Below, one piece after another: positions 23,990-36,719 of a DNA stretch of 64,000 nucleotides (position 1 is the first letter of the stretch; every line of letters begins with the position of its first letter). Location: the NCBI RefSeq assembly GCF_001194135.2, contig NC_068986.1, positions 96,438,232 through 96,502,231 on the forward strand, in the 5' to 3' direction. Position numbers and translations under genes: made by a program. The notes below the pieces were generated by a model. It was not told the origin of the DNA and searched no databases. It worked only from the letters and a program-made list of their open reading frames with translations. The stretch is from Octopus bimaculoides. Its lineage: Eukaryota.

Positions 23990-24735
23990 ATGTCACAACA
24001 AGGAAAATTAATGAAATATGAAACTGCATTCAAACAGAAAGCTGTACACTATGCCAAAAAATACAACAGCAATGCTACCAGGCATTTCATTGCTATTGAT
24101 ATAGGCGTAGGAGTGGCTGTGTGATAAGTAGCTTGCTTATGAATCACATGGTTCCAGGTTCAGTCCCACTGCATGACACCTTGGGCAAGTGTCTTCTACT
24201 ATAACCTTGGGCTGACCAAAGCCTTATGAGTGGATTTGGTAGATGGAAACTGAAAGAAACCCGTCTATATATGTATGTATGTGTGCGTATATGTTTCTGT
24301 GTCTGTGTTTGTCCCCGCAACATTTCTTGATAACCGATGCTGGTGTGTTTATATCACTGTAACTTAGTGGTTTGGCAAAAGAGACCAATAGAATAAGTAC
24401 TAGGGTTACAAAGAATAAGTCCTGGGGTTGATTTGCTCAACTAAAGGCAGTGCTCCAGCATGGTCACAGTCAAATGACTGAAACAAGTAAAAGAGTAAGT
24501 CAAAGAATGACGAAAATTTGGTAAATATGCCAAAAGATGAATGTGCAAATAGGGGCCAGAACCAAAGAAAGAGGCCAGAATTGGAGGGAGCAATATTAAA
24601 ATGAGTAGAAGACCAAAGACAAAATGGTATGGTGGTGACAAGATCCTTCATCTGTCTACAAGCACTGAAACAGGCTGATAAGAACAAACAGCTGCCCACA
24701 GATTTAAAAGCAACAATAGACTGGTCACTCCAATT
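23990..24735 (+). mobile_element. pogo/Tigger-like transposase N-terminal remnant split by an S1 SINE
   Basis: KYETAFKQKAVHYAKKYNSNATRHF (Brinker-DBD-like) before the SINE; MPKDECANRG and PELEGAILK*VEDQRQNGMVVTR (CENP-B HTH-like) after it. Confidence 0.75.
24101..24498 (+). mobile_element. S1 SINE, full length
   Basis: Head, accttgggcaagtgtcttc CORE-like segment, internal microsatellite and 3' body. Other full copies at 27625-27990 (-) and 59685-60062 (-). Confidence 0.9.
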
Positions 24736-25069
24736 AGCCGATTATTGATTTTCATATATATATATATATATAAGATGGCGCCCCAAGTCATTTTCTTTAG
24801 ATAAAAAATACATCTTAAAAGATTCTTGAGAACAATTCATGCATGACAGGAAAATAAGCCAATATAACTTTTACAAGGTTAAGATCTGGAACCAAGTTTT
24901 GACTTATATACTGGTATCTATCTGTCTGTCTGCCTGCCTGCCTGTCTGCCTGTCTATCTATCTATCTATATATATACATACACACAAATACATATATATA
25001 TATATATATATATCATAAGATTTTTAAACTTTTAAATTTTCATATTCAAAAGAGACAGAGACTTCAAAT

Positions 25070-25337
25070 TCGATATATCGATTTATTCACCACTCGATGT
25101 TAACATTTCTATGCCAAACTTATCCAGTGACTGGTCCATTGGATTTAGACGTTTGGCACACGAAAGCTAACGATGTCCTAAAGACCTAATAATAGTTATG
25201 CATGTGTTTTTTCGTGTTTTGTTCGAAAGGTAACCACTCCTGAAGAAGTGCCAAACGTCTAAATCCAATGGACCAGTCACTGGATAAGTTTGGCATAGAA
25301 ATGTTAACATAGAGTGGTGAATAAATCGATATATCGA
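25070..25337. repeat. 90-bp inverted repeat (1 mismatch) with 88-bp spacer, abutting a gap
   Basis: 25070-25159 is the reverse complement of 25248-25337 (aligned by hand). Confidence 0.95.
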
Positions 25338-26157
25338 NNNNNNNNNNNNNNNNNNNNNNNNNNNNNNNNNNNNNNNNNNNNNNNNNNNNNNNNNNNNNNN
25401 NNNNNNNNNNNNNNNNNNNNNNNNNNNNNNNNNNNNNNNNNNNNNNNNNNNNNNNNNNNNNNNNNNNNNNNNNNNNNNNNNNNNNNNNNNNNNNNNNNNN
25501 NNNNNNNNNNNNNNNNNNNNNNNNNNNNNNNNNNNNNNNNNNNNNNNNNNNNNNNNNNNNNNNNNNNNNNNNNNNNNNNNNNNNNNNNNNNNNNNNNNNN
25601 NNNNNNNNNNNNNNNNNNNNNNNNNNNNNNNNNNNNNNNNNNNNNNNNNNNNNNNNNNNNNNNNNNNNNNNNNNNNNNNNNNNNNNNNNNNNNNNNNNNN
25701 NNNNNNNNNNNNNNNNNNNNNNNNNNNNNNNNNNNNNNNNNNNNNNNNNNNNNNNNNNNNNNNNNNNNNNNNNNNNNNNNNNNNNNNNNNNNNNNNNNNN
25801 NNNNNNNNNNNNNNNNNNNNNNNNNNNNNNNNNNNNNNNNNNNNNNNNNNNNNNNNNNNNNNNNNNNNNNNNNNNNNNNNNNNNNNNNNNNNNNNNNNNN
25901 NNNNNNNNNNNNNNNNNNNNNNNNNNNNNNNNNNNNNNNNNNNNNNNNNNNNNNNNNNNNNNNNNNNNNNNNNNNNNNNNNNNNNNNNNNNNNNNNNNNN
26001 NNNNNNNNNNNNNNNNNNNNNNNNNNNNNNNNNNNNNNNNNNNNNNNNNNNNNNNNNNNNNNNNNNNNNNNNNNNNNNNNNNNNNNNNNNNNNNNNNNNN
26101 NNNNNNNNNNNNNNNNNNNNNNNNNNNNNNNNNNNNNNNNNNNNNNNNNNNNNNNNN

Positions 26158-26218
<61 letters not shown>

Positions 26219-26374
26219 GTATATATATATATAAATGTGCGCATGTGCATGTGTGTGTACGTGTATGTATGTATGTATGTATGTATGTCTATCTATCTAT
26301 CCATCCATCCATCCATCCATCCATCCATCCGTCCGTCCGTCCGTCCGTCCGTCCGTCCGTCCGTCCGTCCGTCC

Positions 26375-26442
<68 letters not shown>

Positions 26443-26489
26443 GTGATGCCGGTGTGTTTACCTCACCGTAATATATACATACATATATA

Positions 26490-26690
26490 TATATGGGAGA
26501 ATATACGAAAAAACAACAACAGACGAGGACAGGTGGTGTAAATAACAAAAGGATGTATTAGTATGACGCTCGGGAATACGGAAAGTCTTTGACGTTTTGA
26601 GCTACGCTCTTCAACAGAAAGAATACGGAGACAAGGAGAAAAACACGGAGAAAAAAAATTGAATAATGTCCAGTCAACGATATATATACA
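26490..26690 (-). mobile_element. pLTR/retrozyme-like repeat (family P-A) with a mutated hammerhead-like motif at 26586-26622
   Basis: Homologous to 57614-57838; minus strand tcttt-CTGTTGA-A-GAGC-gta-GCTC-AAAAC-GTC-aaaga. A more degenerate relative lies at 27435-27615. Confidence 0.65.
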
Positions 26691-26842
26691 TATATATATA
26701 TATATATATTATATGTATGTGCATATTTATGTGTATATATATATNNNNNNNNNNNNNNNNNNNNNNNNNNNNNNNNNNNNNNNNNNNNNNNNNNNNNNNN
26801 NNNNNNNNNNNNNNNNNNNNNNNNNNNNNNNNNNNNNNNNNN

Positions 26843-26950
26843 AATGACCTGTCATTTTTTGCCTGTCCTTCTAATTGTTGTTTCACTTGTCTACCTTTGT
26901 ATTGTCTCTCTGTCCGAGCGTTTTAATGCCCTCTATTGTGTTTTTGTTCC

Positions 26951-27004
<54 letters not shown>

Positions 27005-27426
27005 CGGCATATGTATGACTCTTACTCTCTCTTTTATTCCCCCTCTCATTTTCCTTCCTTTTTCTCGCTCTCTTCCTCTCTCACTTTTCTTGACCTGACC
27101 ATCAACACCTCTTGTGTCCATCTCCCATGTTCCTGCCTTTAGGCTTTCACTTTATACACGCCAGCTCAATTTGATTCATTTTCAGTCGAAAGATGCCTGT
27201 TGTTATTTCTTCTTGTTTGTATTCGTAATTTTGTACCATGTTCTCCATTTTTTGTTTGTTTATTTTTTTGTCTTTCGTTATGACTTCTGGGACTTCACTG
27301 ATGAAAGAAAGCCATGAATGACCTGTCATTTTTTGCCTGTCCTTCTAATTGTTGTTTCACTTGTCTACCTTTGTATTGTCTCTCTGTCCGAGCGTTTTAA
27401 TGCCCTCTATTGCGTTTTTGTTCCAT
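26843..27426 (+). repeat. Near-identical 110-bp direct repeats (family P-B), 474 bp apart
   Basis: 26843-26952 and 27317-27426 differ at about one position by eye; each is followed by TA-rich sequence. Confidence 0.85.
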
Positions 27427-28267
27427 ATATATTTATATATAGTAAATCCCCACCCCCAAAAGAACAACAAACATAAAAAAAGCAACGTGAGGACGTGGTA
27501 TGTTTAAAGTATTAGCAGATGCTCAGGGAAGGAAAGAGAGATGGTTTAATGTTTTGAGTAAGTCCAATAGAAAGGAAGACGGAGGAAGAAAATTGTCAAC
27601 AATTCACCTGTGGTTACATATATATATATTCATCTTTTACCTTCTATCTTTCACTTGTTTAAGTTGCTGGACTATGGTCATGCTGGGGCACCAACTTGAA
27701 AGTCTTTTAGTCAAACAAATTGACCCTAGTACTCATTAAAAAAAAATCCTAGTGCTTATTCTATTAGTCTCTTTTGCCAAGGTGCTAAGTTATAGGGACA
27801 TACACGAACCAACACCAGTTGTCAAGTAGTGGTGGGAGACAAACACACACATGCACATAGATATATACGTTGGGCTTCTTTCAGTTTCTGTCTACCAAAT
27901 CCACTTACAAGGGCCATGCAGTGGGTCTGAGCTCAGAACCATGTGATTTAGAAGCAAACTTCTTACCACACTGCCACACACACATGTATATATGTATACA
28001 CGCACATGTACACACGTGCACAGACACACACACACACACATACAAAGATATGTTCATATATAAATATATATACATGTATGAATTCACATACACTCACACC
28101 ATATTTTCATGTACTGCTTCCTACTGCAGTATATCATACTGTCTAATGCTCACACACACACACACACAAACAATCATACATAATGCTTATTAGCAATCAT
28201 TTGAAATTCACTCTGCATTCTGCTTGGATTTAAAACCATCAACATGATTTGTCAGAAAATTACTTAC

Positions 28268-28433
28268 GTCAATCTCACCCACTCCCATCTTTCCAAACCA
28301 CTTTCCTGCTGAGCTTGAGTGTTTTTTTTTTTTTTTTTTTTTTTTTGACTGGTACTTTTTAGTGTGTGTTCTTAATGTATTTTCATTTGTGTGACTGAAA
28401 GATCTATGACTGCTTGGAATGGTGACATTCATC
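28268..28433 (-). CDS. Candidate 166-nt exon (MNVTIP...K8...GKWFGKMGVGEID); coding or 5' UTR plus start
   Basis: Acceptor ttctctctttactcttgttaagcag|, donor gac|GTAAGT, one fully open frame. The A25 run inside makes coding doubtful. Confidence 0.35.
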
Positions 28434-28949
28434 CTGCTTAACAAGAGTAAAGAGAGAATAACTTCCGATTACTCTCAACATGTCCATTTATACCTGGATC
28501 TTGTTAAATTATTTACCTTAATTTGCTTTCAGCAGTTTCATGCTAGTTTATGTTGCAATACTAAGTGCATTTCTATATGCCTGAGGCATGTTCAATATTA
28601 TCTTTCTTTGTATGGAATTGTGATTGTAGACTGCATCTGTTTTGTTTTGTTGTGAGATTTGCTTGGTTGTTTCTGTTGTTTCATCTTTTACTTTGTGTAG
28701 AATTATGTACTATGTGACCAAAGCTGGCCTTAGGTTTTCCGGCACCCTGGGTAAACAGAATTTTAATGTCTTTTGAAGTATGTTTTAAATATTTCAAAAA
28801 CTGCAAATTTAGGAATTGCAGCAGGCTATGAAATAATATAAAAGAAATTTAAGATGCAGCCCACATAAAGACTAGCTGAACAGAGATGGCTCAGTGTTGT
28901 TGAAAAAAAAAACATTGAATGAAAGTTAATATTTTATCGGAGTACTACT

Positions 28950-29620
28950 TCTGTGGTTCCAGACAGTGTTTTCAAACTGATAGAAATGGTATATTGCTAA
29001 GATTTCTTATTCAGCTCAACAAAAGTCTCATGGTTTGAGATTCCTAGGAGTTGTTTCAGTTTTGTGTTGTTATCTCAGTGTCTATGGGAAAAGAAACTGA
29101 GTAGGTTAGCTGCTCAATTTATCTGATGTCAAGCAAATGAGCAAGGAAATTCTTTTCAATTTCGTCTTATATCTTCAAAATAAATGTCAGATTATTGGTC
29201 TATGACTGGTGTAAATTAATTATATGAGAACAGCGAAACACCAAAATGTCACCTGAAAATGTTACTACATCTATTTTCTTATTTCTGGCATTAAGTTCAG
29301 TTTGCAGTGTTAGTCTGACTGTTCCATTGTATACTTTTCTAATTGTCTCTCCATTTCTATGTGTTGCATTTGTTCTTAAATATTAGTATGAGAGTTTTGG
29401 GTCTAATTCTCTGATTTCAGTGACTGAATCAAATTCAATATTCTCAGTTTTAGTTAATTTGCTTCTTCTAATAGAATATTTGGCATATACATCTAGTACC
29501 ATACTCTCTTTTATATCCTGGATGAATTCATGAGTAATTTTTTTTGTCGGTTCCCCAACAGAATTATGTCTCTTGTAAACAGGGTTAAGTGATTTTTTAT
29601 AGAGAAAATGGTTCATAATT
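28950..29620 (-). mobile_element. Highly degenerate R4/Dong-like LINE RT fragment
   Basis: ENIEFDSVTEIRELDPKLSY*YL...VRLTLQTELNARNK parallels SNITLDKANEIRELDKSQPYKYLG of the 16551 element. Confidence 0.7.
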
Positions 29621-29789
29621 TGTTTGTTGCATATAAATGCCAGTTTACTTGTTTATCCCAAATAAAATATAAATGTTATTTTCCACTTTTTCACCTAACA
29701 ACCACACTGAGACTAGACTGTACAAATGCATGTGGCATGGAAACAGTCAGGAAGCAACATCACTTACTTAATGTTCTTAGATCACTTTA

Positions 29790-31215
29790 ATATTGATGTG
29801 AATCCTTCTGAGTAATTATGAGGTGCAGGTCTGATTTGGATGGGGTGGTGGTGGCAGTCCTGTTTCAGAGAGATAAATACAGTTGGTAGTGGTTTTGGAC
29901 ATGAACAGCATTGAAGGTAGTGCCTTCAAACTAGTATCCATTTATACCATGACTGGGTCAGGGTGACAAGACTTCTTCAGGCATGTAGAAACATTCTTGC
30001 AAACATCCTGTACATTAATATTAGTGGGTGATTGGACTAGCATCTTAGAAACACATTGAAGATGTATGGAAGTAACCAATAGAGGAAGGGATGGCAAAGT
30101 CTCCCATGCTCAAACAGTTCCAGTGATCTGATAGGTACCTAATAAATTTATTAAACGTGCTAATGTGAACTTGGACAAATTAAAGTGGATTATCCAGGTT
30201 GTATGAGTTTTTGTTAGGGCAGCAGATAAATTTAGTGTAGAGTATCCACAGTTTTGTGGGGGGGGGGGTTACCAACACAGATTTTTGTGATCTACATGGT
30301 CAACCTAGATAAGACACAGGCAGAGACTCAGTTACTGGAAGTTAAATGTGTCATTCTCAATGCAAAATGCCTACAGTAGTCAGATTAGCTGATGGAAGTT
30401 GATGGGGTTCATTGTCACAGCAAGTGGTGGGTTTCCCTCAAGAGTGCTATTAGTGAAGAATTGATAGGGTCTAGCAAAATGTCAATGACAGAAAAATTGA
30501 TTGAGGGAAAGATATTTAGTAGCCTAGAAGAGGTGTTGGTAGCATGCTGTGCTGTCATGGCTACCATACTTGTTATAAAGATGGCACTTGATTGACCATT
30601 TCTTTAATGCAAAACATGAGTGTTTGTATTGTCAGAGCTAATGCACATATTCATTGTTGTAAGGGAGCAAAGGCTGTTTGATGAGCCAAAATAACAAAGG
30701 TGTAATGTGACAAGACCACAATGTGGTATTTCATGAACATGTGCTCTTCAATTCTAGGAAGATGCATGCAATTTTTGAGCAGCATTTTTACTTTTTGGGA
30801 TAAATGGTGGGCCAAAGATGTTGACTTTCATAGCTCATGTGAATACTTGTTGTGACTCTCACCAGGGATAGTGGTGGAGTGTTGAAAATGGCTGATAATT
30901 GATGCTGAGTCATGCAAAGCCTTATGTGCTTGTGTAAAGGGAAAATTGCCATATTTAGAGGTCTGCCCTCTGAGCTTTGCATATAAATGCCAGACTTGTT
31001 TGCTGCAGTCTTGACTTCAGCATTCATCAGAATAGGAGAATTCCTAATTCTGTGAGTCACGGAGGGACAGTACTGTGGAGAAAGGATAGGAACAAGAGGG
31101 ATATCATCGATAATTTGAGGCCCATAACTCTGCTAAATACATAGTTTATGATTTTGGCCAAGGTGCTTAAGAGGAGGTTGACGCTTGTCAGTAGTGTCAT
31201 GGAAAATGCATAAAT
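29790..31215 (+). mobile_element. Degenerate L1-clade (Tx1-like) LINE: endonuclease remnant to start of RT
   Basis: QDFFRHVETFL...LILVGDWTSIL at ~29960-30050; GLPSEL...MPDLF at ~30960; GDIIDNLRPITLLNT*FMILAKVLKRRL at ~31100-31185. Confidence 0.78.
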
Positions 31216-31597
31216 TCATATAATTACCAACAAATCCATCTACAACCTCCACCTTATGCAATACATCATACATCATCATCATCATCATCATTGTTTAACA
31301 TCCGCTTTCCATGCTAGCATGGGTTGGACGATTTGACTGAGGACTGGCAAGCCAGAAGGCTGCACCAGGCTCCAATCTGATCTGGCAGAGTTTCTACAGC
31401 TGGATGCCCTTCCTAACGCCAACCACTCCGAGAATGTGGTGGGTACTTTTATGTGCCACCGGCACGAGGGCCAGTCACACGGTACTGGCAACGACCACAT
31501 TCAAAGAGGTGTTTTTACGTGCCACCTGCACGGGAGCCAGTCCAGTGGCACTGGCAACGACCTCGCTCGAAATAGGGTAGGCAATATGTAATTCTCA

Positions 31598-31822
31598 AAG
31601 GCGGTGAGCTGGTAGAAAGGTTAACACACTGGGCGAAATGCTTAGCAGTATTTTATCTGTCTTTACGTTCTGAGTTCAAATTCTGCCAAGGTCGAATTTG
31701 CCTTTCATTCTTTTGGGCTCAATAAATTAAGTACCAGTTGCATACTGGGTCGATCTAATAGACTTGCCACCCCTCCCCCACCAAAAAAAAATTTCGGGCC
31801 TTGTGCCTACAGTAGAAAACAA
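31598..31822 (+). mobile_element. S2 SINE (tRNA head plus Meta-like core)
   Basis: ggcggtgagctggtagaa...gagttcaaattctgcc B-box region, then ttgcctttcattcttttggg..cgataaattaagtaccag-type core. Other copies at 35928-36132 (+), 32078-32370, 38905-39008, 42450-42680 (-) and 10150-10310 (+). Confidence 0.85.
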
Positions 31823-32486
31823 TATGTAATTCTCAAGAAGACACACCCATTTCAATGAAACTGGGAGTCTGGAAGCATAATGTGTATATATGTATACACA
31901 ACTGCTCCTTCTCTTTCTCCTGCTGGCTATTATATTATTATCATTATTTTTATTATTATTCTATTCTCTTTACCCCACCAGTCCCACCCTCTTTTCTGCA
32001 CAGTTAGAATGTAAAGAACCAGAACAAATATTGCAAAGCAATTTTTCCATCTCTCTAACAGTTATGCCAGCTCACTGATAATGGTTTCTGATTGAGGCAC
32101 AAGGCCAGCTACTTTGATTAAATCAATGCACAGTACTTAACTAGTACTTCATTTCATCAGTCCCAGAAGGATGAAAGGCAAAGTTGACTTTGGTGAAATT
32201 TGAACTAGGAATGTAAATAGGAGGGCTAAATACTGCATGACATTTTCTCTGACAGCCTATTGGTTCTAGTTCATAAAATAGGTACCAGTTAGATACTGCA
32301 GATGATTTAATTGTCTGTGCCCTCCCACTTAATTTGTGGCCTTATGCCTATGTTAGAAGTGGGACAAAACAGCAGCAGTAACAACAACAACAACTGCTAA
32401 TTCAACATTATTTCCACAGGAAGCAGGCTACCACCAACATCACTACCATCACTATCTCTGTCACTATTGCTATTTCATTATAGTAC

Positions 32487-32634
32487 CTGCCACAGTTACA
32501 GTCCCAACATGAAATAAGATCCTTTCTATGGTTAAAGAAGTGATGAAGTGTTCTTTCTAGAGTTTCAATGGTTGAAAGATGTGGGTGCTTAATGTTCAGG
32601 ACAGAAGAACTATTTGTTTCTTCTTTACAACTTC
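32487..32634 (-). CDS. Candidate 148-nt exon (SCKEETNSSSVLNIKHPHLSTIETLERTLHHFFNHRKDLISCWDCNCG)
   Basis: Open frame phase-compatible with the 40635 and 28268 candidates; donor cag|GTACTA; poor acceptor. Confidence 0.15.
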
Positions 32635-32708
32635 CTGTCTTTGACAACCATCCTCTCCCAATACCAATGACATAAAATAGACATCAGTCTGTCAAAATGT
32701 AAAGGGAA

Positions 32709-32746
<38 letters not shown>

Positions 32747-33429
32747 AAGCATGTGAGTGTAAATAGTAGGTGTTCACAGAAGCTGTTGTTTTTGTTTAGT
32801 TCCATCTCAGTCTTGATCAAAATAACCCAATGATAAAATATATTTTAATTGTGACACCTCATTGTTTATCTAACTTGTTCATTTGCTTTTACATCTCTTT
32901 TTCCCTGCTAGCATGGGTTAGATGAATATATTATTGAGATATTGTTTCACAGCCAGATATCCTTCTTGTTGCTAATTATCATTTGTTTTTCAAGTAAGGA
33001 TCTATTTCACATGTTTTCAAAGGCACGTAGAGCATTTGTTAAGAAAAATGATAGCAGCAAAACTGCTCTTGCTTGTGACTTTCACACAGTGTATGTATAA
33101 ACAAACACACAGATTCATGCATACACATATGATGGGCTTCTTTCAGTTTCCATCTACTAAATTCACTGACAAAGCTTTGGTCAACCTGAGAGCTACAGAA
33201 GAAAACACTTGCTCAAGTTGGTACACAGTAGGACTGAACACAAACCCACAATGTTGGGGACTGAACACAGCCATGCCTGCACCTAATTATATATTCATCT
33301 AATGTTCTTTCTTTATTCAAGATAATAAGGAATGATATGAGATACAAGTGGCTACTCTTTTTAGTAGACCAAGCAGCTATGTAGAGGTTCCCTTGATGAC
33401 TTAATGCACTAGATGAAGGTAAAAAAAAA

Positions 33430-33830
33430 ATAGTTGTTGTTACTGTTTAACCTTTGACACCTTCTTTGTGATGTTCAGTCTTTTGTATTCAGCCTTCATC
33501 ACTTCTTGCCATATCTTCCTCAATAATCTTCTGCTAGAGGATCATTTCATGTGGATCACTTGGCAATTCTTTACACAACTGTCATTTTCCACATGCTTCA
33601 CATGACTGTACTAACACAGTCTTTTCTGTTGCACACAGCATCTTGTTCCTGTAATATACAGTTTTCCTCTCAGTTCATTTATTCTCCATCATTCATGCAC
33701 ACTAACATTACACATTCAGCAGGGCATGCTTGTTGATTTCTTGCCAGCCTTTACTCATCATTTCCATTGAATGCCCATGTTTCATTATGATGTATCACAT
33801 TTTGCACACAAATATTAGACAATCTGGTCT
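33430..33830 (-). mobile_element. Degenerate RTE RT C-terminal remnant (another at ~37020-37230)
   Basis: Minus strand retains aatgaaacatgggca / gctgaatgtgtaatgttagtgtgcat / ctgaacatcacaaag, matching the C-terminal region of the 21213 element. Confidence 0.65.
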
Positions 33831-33983
33831 GAGCACCAATCTGTCTGTATCTCTTATACACATTTTCATGTGTTCTTCTGCATTAGACTTAGCTCTGTGG
33901 TTAAGAAGCTTGCTTTCCAACTGCATGGTTTCAGGTTCAGTTCCACTGTATGATACTTTGAGTATCTTCTGTGTATATGTATA

Positions 33984-34035
<52 letters not shown>

Positions 34036-34516
34036 AACAAGGAAGGAAATAACAGAGGCCACAGAGGACATAGAGAGTAATCTTTCATCTTCTTGAGAAC
34101 AACATCTGTAGTGAAGATAGCATGATAAAATGTACCCAAAGTTGTGTGATAGTCAGGGCATCTAGCTATAAAAATCTTGCCAAAAGCATTACACAACAAA
34201 AATGGCTGGTTTTCTCTGTTGCCTGAGTATGCTAGATGCTGAAGGATTGTAATGCTTGGCAACATCATCATCGTTTAATGTCCGCTTTCCATGCTAGCAT
34301 GGGTTGGATGATTTGACTGAGGACTGGTGAACCAGATGGCTACACCAGGCTCCAATCTGATTTGGCAGAGTTTCTACAGCTGGATGCCCTTCCTAACGCC
34401 AACCACTCCGAGAGTGTAGTGGGTGCTTTTACGTGCCACCGGCACGAAGGCCAGTAGAGAAATTCATCCAATCTATGCAAACATAGATAACCTGATGTAA
34501 AAGGATGGTGATGATG

Positions 34517-34554
<38 letters not shown>

Positions 34555-34827
34555 ACAAGCACACACATACATGCCTACATATACACATACATATGTATAC
34601 AAAGATTAAGGAGACTAAAAATCCAAAGTAGACTCTATACAATTAAATATAAGTGTAGAAGCAAGTAGATATATTTTTTAGATCTTGTTTTCACAAACTG
34701 ATCTGAAATGGAATGTTTTGAAAATACAAACTCAAAACTACTTAGTTTCAGATGAGCTACTATATTTAGTGAAAGCAGAGTTTCTTTACAAAAACATTAA
34801 GTTTGTAAAATATAGTTCTATATATTG

Positions 34828-34871
<44 letters not shown>

Positions 34872-36224
34872 GCATGTGTTTGTGCGCGCATGTGTGTGTG
34901 TGTGTGTGTGCATGTATATTTGTGTACAAATTCATACAAATAAGCAAATAATATAATTTCTTACTAAATTAAAGGTTAAAAAAATAAAGATAATTAATGC
35001 TCATACAAAGTGGTTGAAAATGAAATAACACATGAAGAGTTTGGCAGAATAATTTTTATGAGAAGAAAAAACAACAACAATAACATCAACAATAATGTAC
35101 AGAAATATGAAGAAAAAAGTGAGCCTCAATCTGCTGTAAATAGCAGTCAAATACCCTCAGATCACACTCTAATGTCTTAAATAAGGGAATAATATATTTG
35201 ATAATGTAGTCCTGGATACCTCGAAAAAGCTGGGATGGCCACAACTGGAATGCTTTCAAATATAAATCTTTTAAATCATGGTTGGTCTGAGGCTAAACAA
35301 CAACAACAACAATTATTAATCATCGCAACTACCACTAACAACATCATTTAATTGCAATTACAACCTCTATCTTCAACCATCACCACAACCACAATATGAA
35401 ATATACCATCACATCCATTACAATCATGTCACCACCATTACTACACCATAGCTGCTGCTGCTGCTGCTGCTACTACTACCCTGCAACCACCATCACCAAC
35501 ATCACAACCACCATTACTACTACTACTTACTACTACTACTACTACTACTACTACTACAAAATCTGTCAAGGCATTAAATAATTGCATGAATGACATTAAA
35601 CAGAAAATTGAAAGATAAAATCATGGTAAAAAAAAATAAAATCTGGTTGAAAAATATATAGAGATAATATAAAGCCATAAGACAAGAATTAAACTTCCTA
35701 ATAAAAATTAAGATAATTATTTAATGGGAAAAAATATATAAACTTGAACAAATATTTTTTGGTGTAGCATTTTCATTTTATTATTGTGTATGAATATTTG
35801 ATATTTGATATTTTACTTTATACTCTTCATGTCTTTATATTTAATATTTACTTCATTTCCTTTTATAATTTATATGTATTTTTAATTTTAATTTTATATT
35901 ATATTTGATTTAATATTATTAGATTATCAATGTGGCAAGCTGGCAGCAATGTTAGCATGCCGGGCGAAATGCGTAGTGATATTTTTACGTCCTGAGTTCA
36001 AATTCCGCCGAGGTCAACTTTGCCCTTCGTCCTTTCAGGGTCGATAAATTAAGTACCAATTGCATACTGGGATTGATCTAATTAGCTGGCCCGCTCCCCC
36101 AAAATTCAGGGCTTTGTGAGTAGAAAAGAATATTAATAGATTATTGTTTTATTTTAGACTGCTTCAAGGAGCAGTAGCTCTGTATAAAAACTGTTGCAAG
36201 AACTCTTTAATCTTACTTTAGATC

Positions 36225-36537
36225 TGTGGTTCTAAATGGGGTCTGTATGACCCTTGGGAGTCCACGCAAGTAAAATAGTGAATAGGGGACCCACAGTAGT
36301 TTATTAAGGGTCTATGAAAAAAAATCTTGCTTAAGATGTATTTATTGCAAGAAACACTAAGATTTCTTTCTCTAACATTTTACATAGTTCAACCTGCACA
36401 AGTTAATGTGCAATGAAGAGTAATTTTGAAAGAAGTATCTAGAAAACTAGTTTTTGAACACTGAATGACTATGGGGGACCACTACAGTAAACTTGTAGTG
36501 AAAGGGTTCATAAGTAAAAAGCAACTGTGAATGATTG
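36225..36537. mobile_element. hAT/Charlie-type MITE 1
   Basis: Left end ctgtggttct; flanked by 8-mers ttttagat and ctttagat; degenerate right TIR. Confidence 0.6.
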
Positions 36538-36545
36538 CTTTAGAT

Positions 36546-36719
36546 TAGTGGTTCCCAACCTGGGGTCCGCAGACACCTGGTTGTCCACAAAGGTAGTACT
36601 GGGGGTCCATGAACTAAATTCAAAATTACATATATATATATATATATATACATAAGGATAATCATATTAAAAGGGGTCTGTGAGAAAACTCATTTAAATA
36701 AAAGGGTTGGAAACCACTG
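36546..36719. mobile_element. hAT/Charlie-type MITE 2
   Basis: TIRs tagtggttcccaacct and agggttggaaaccactg; 8-bp TSD ctttagat / ctttggat. Confidence 0.8.
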
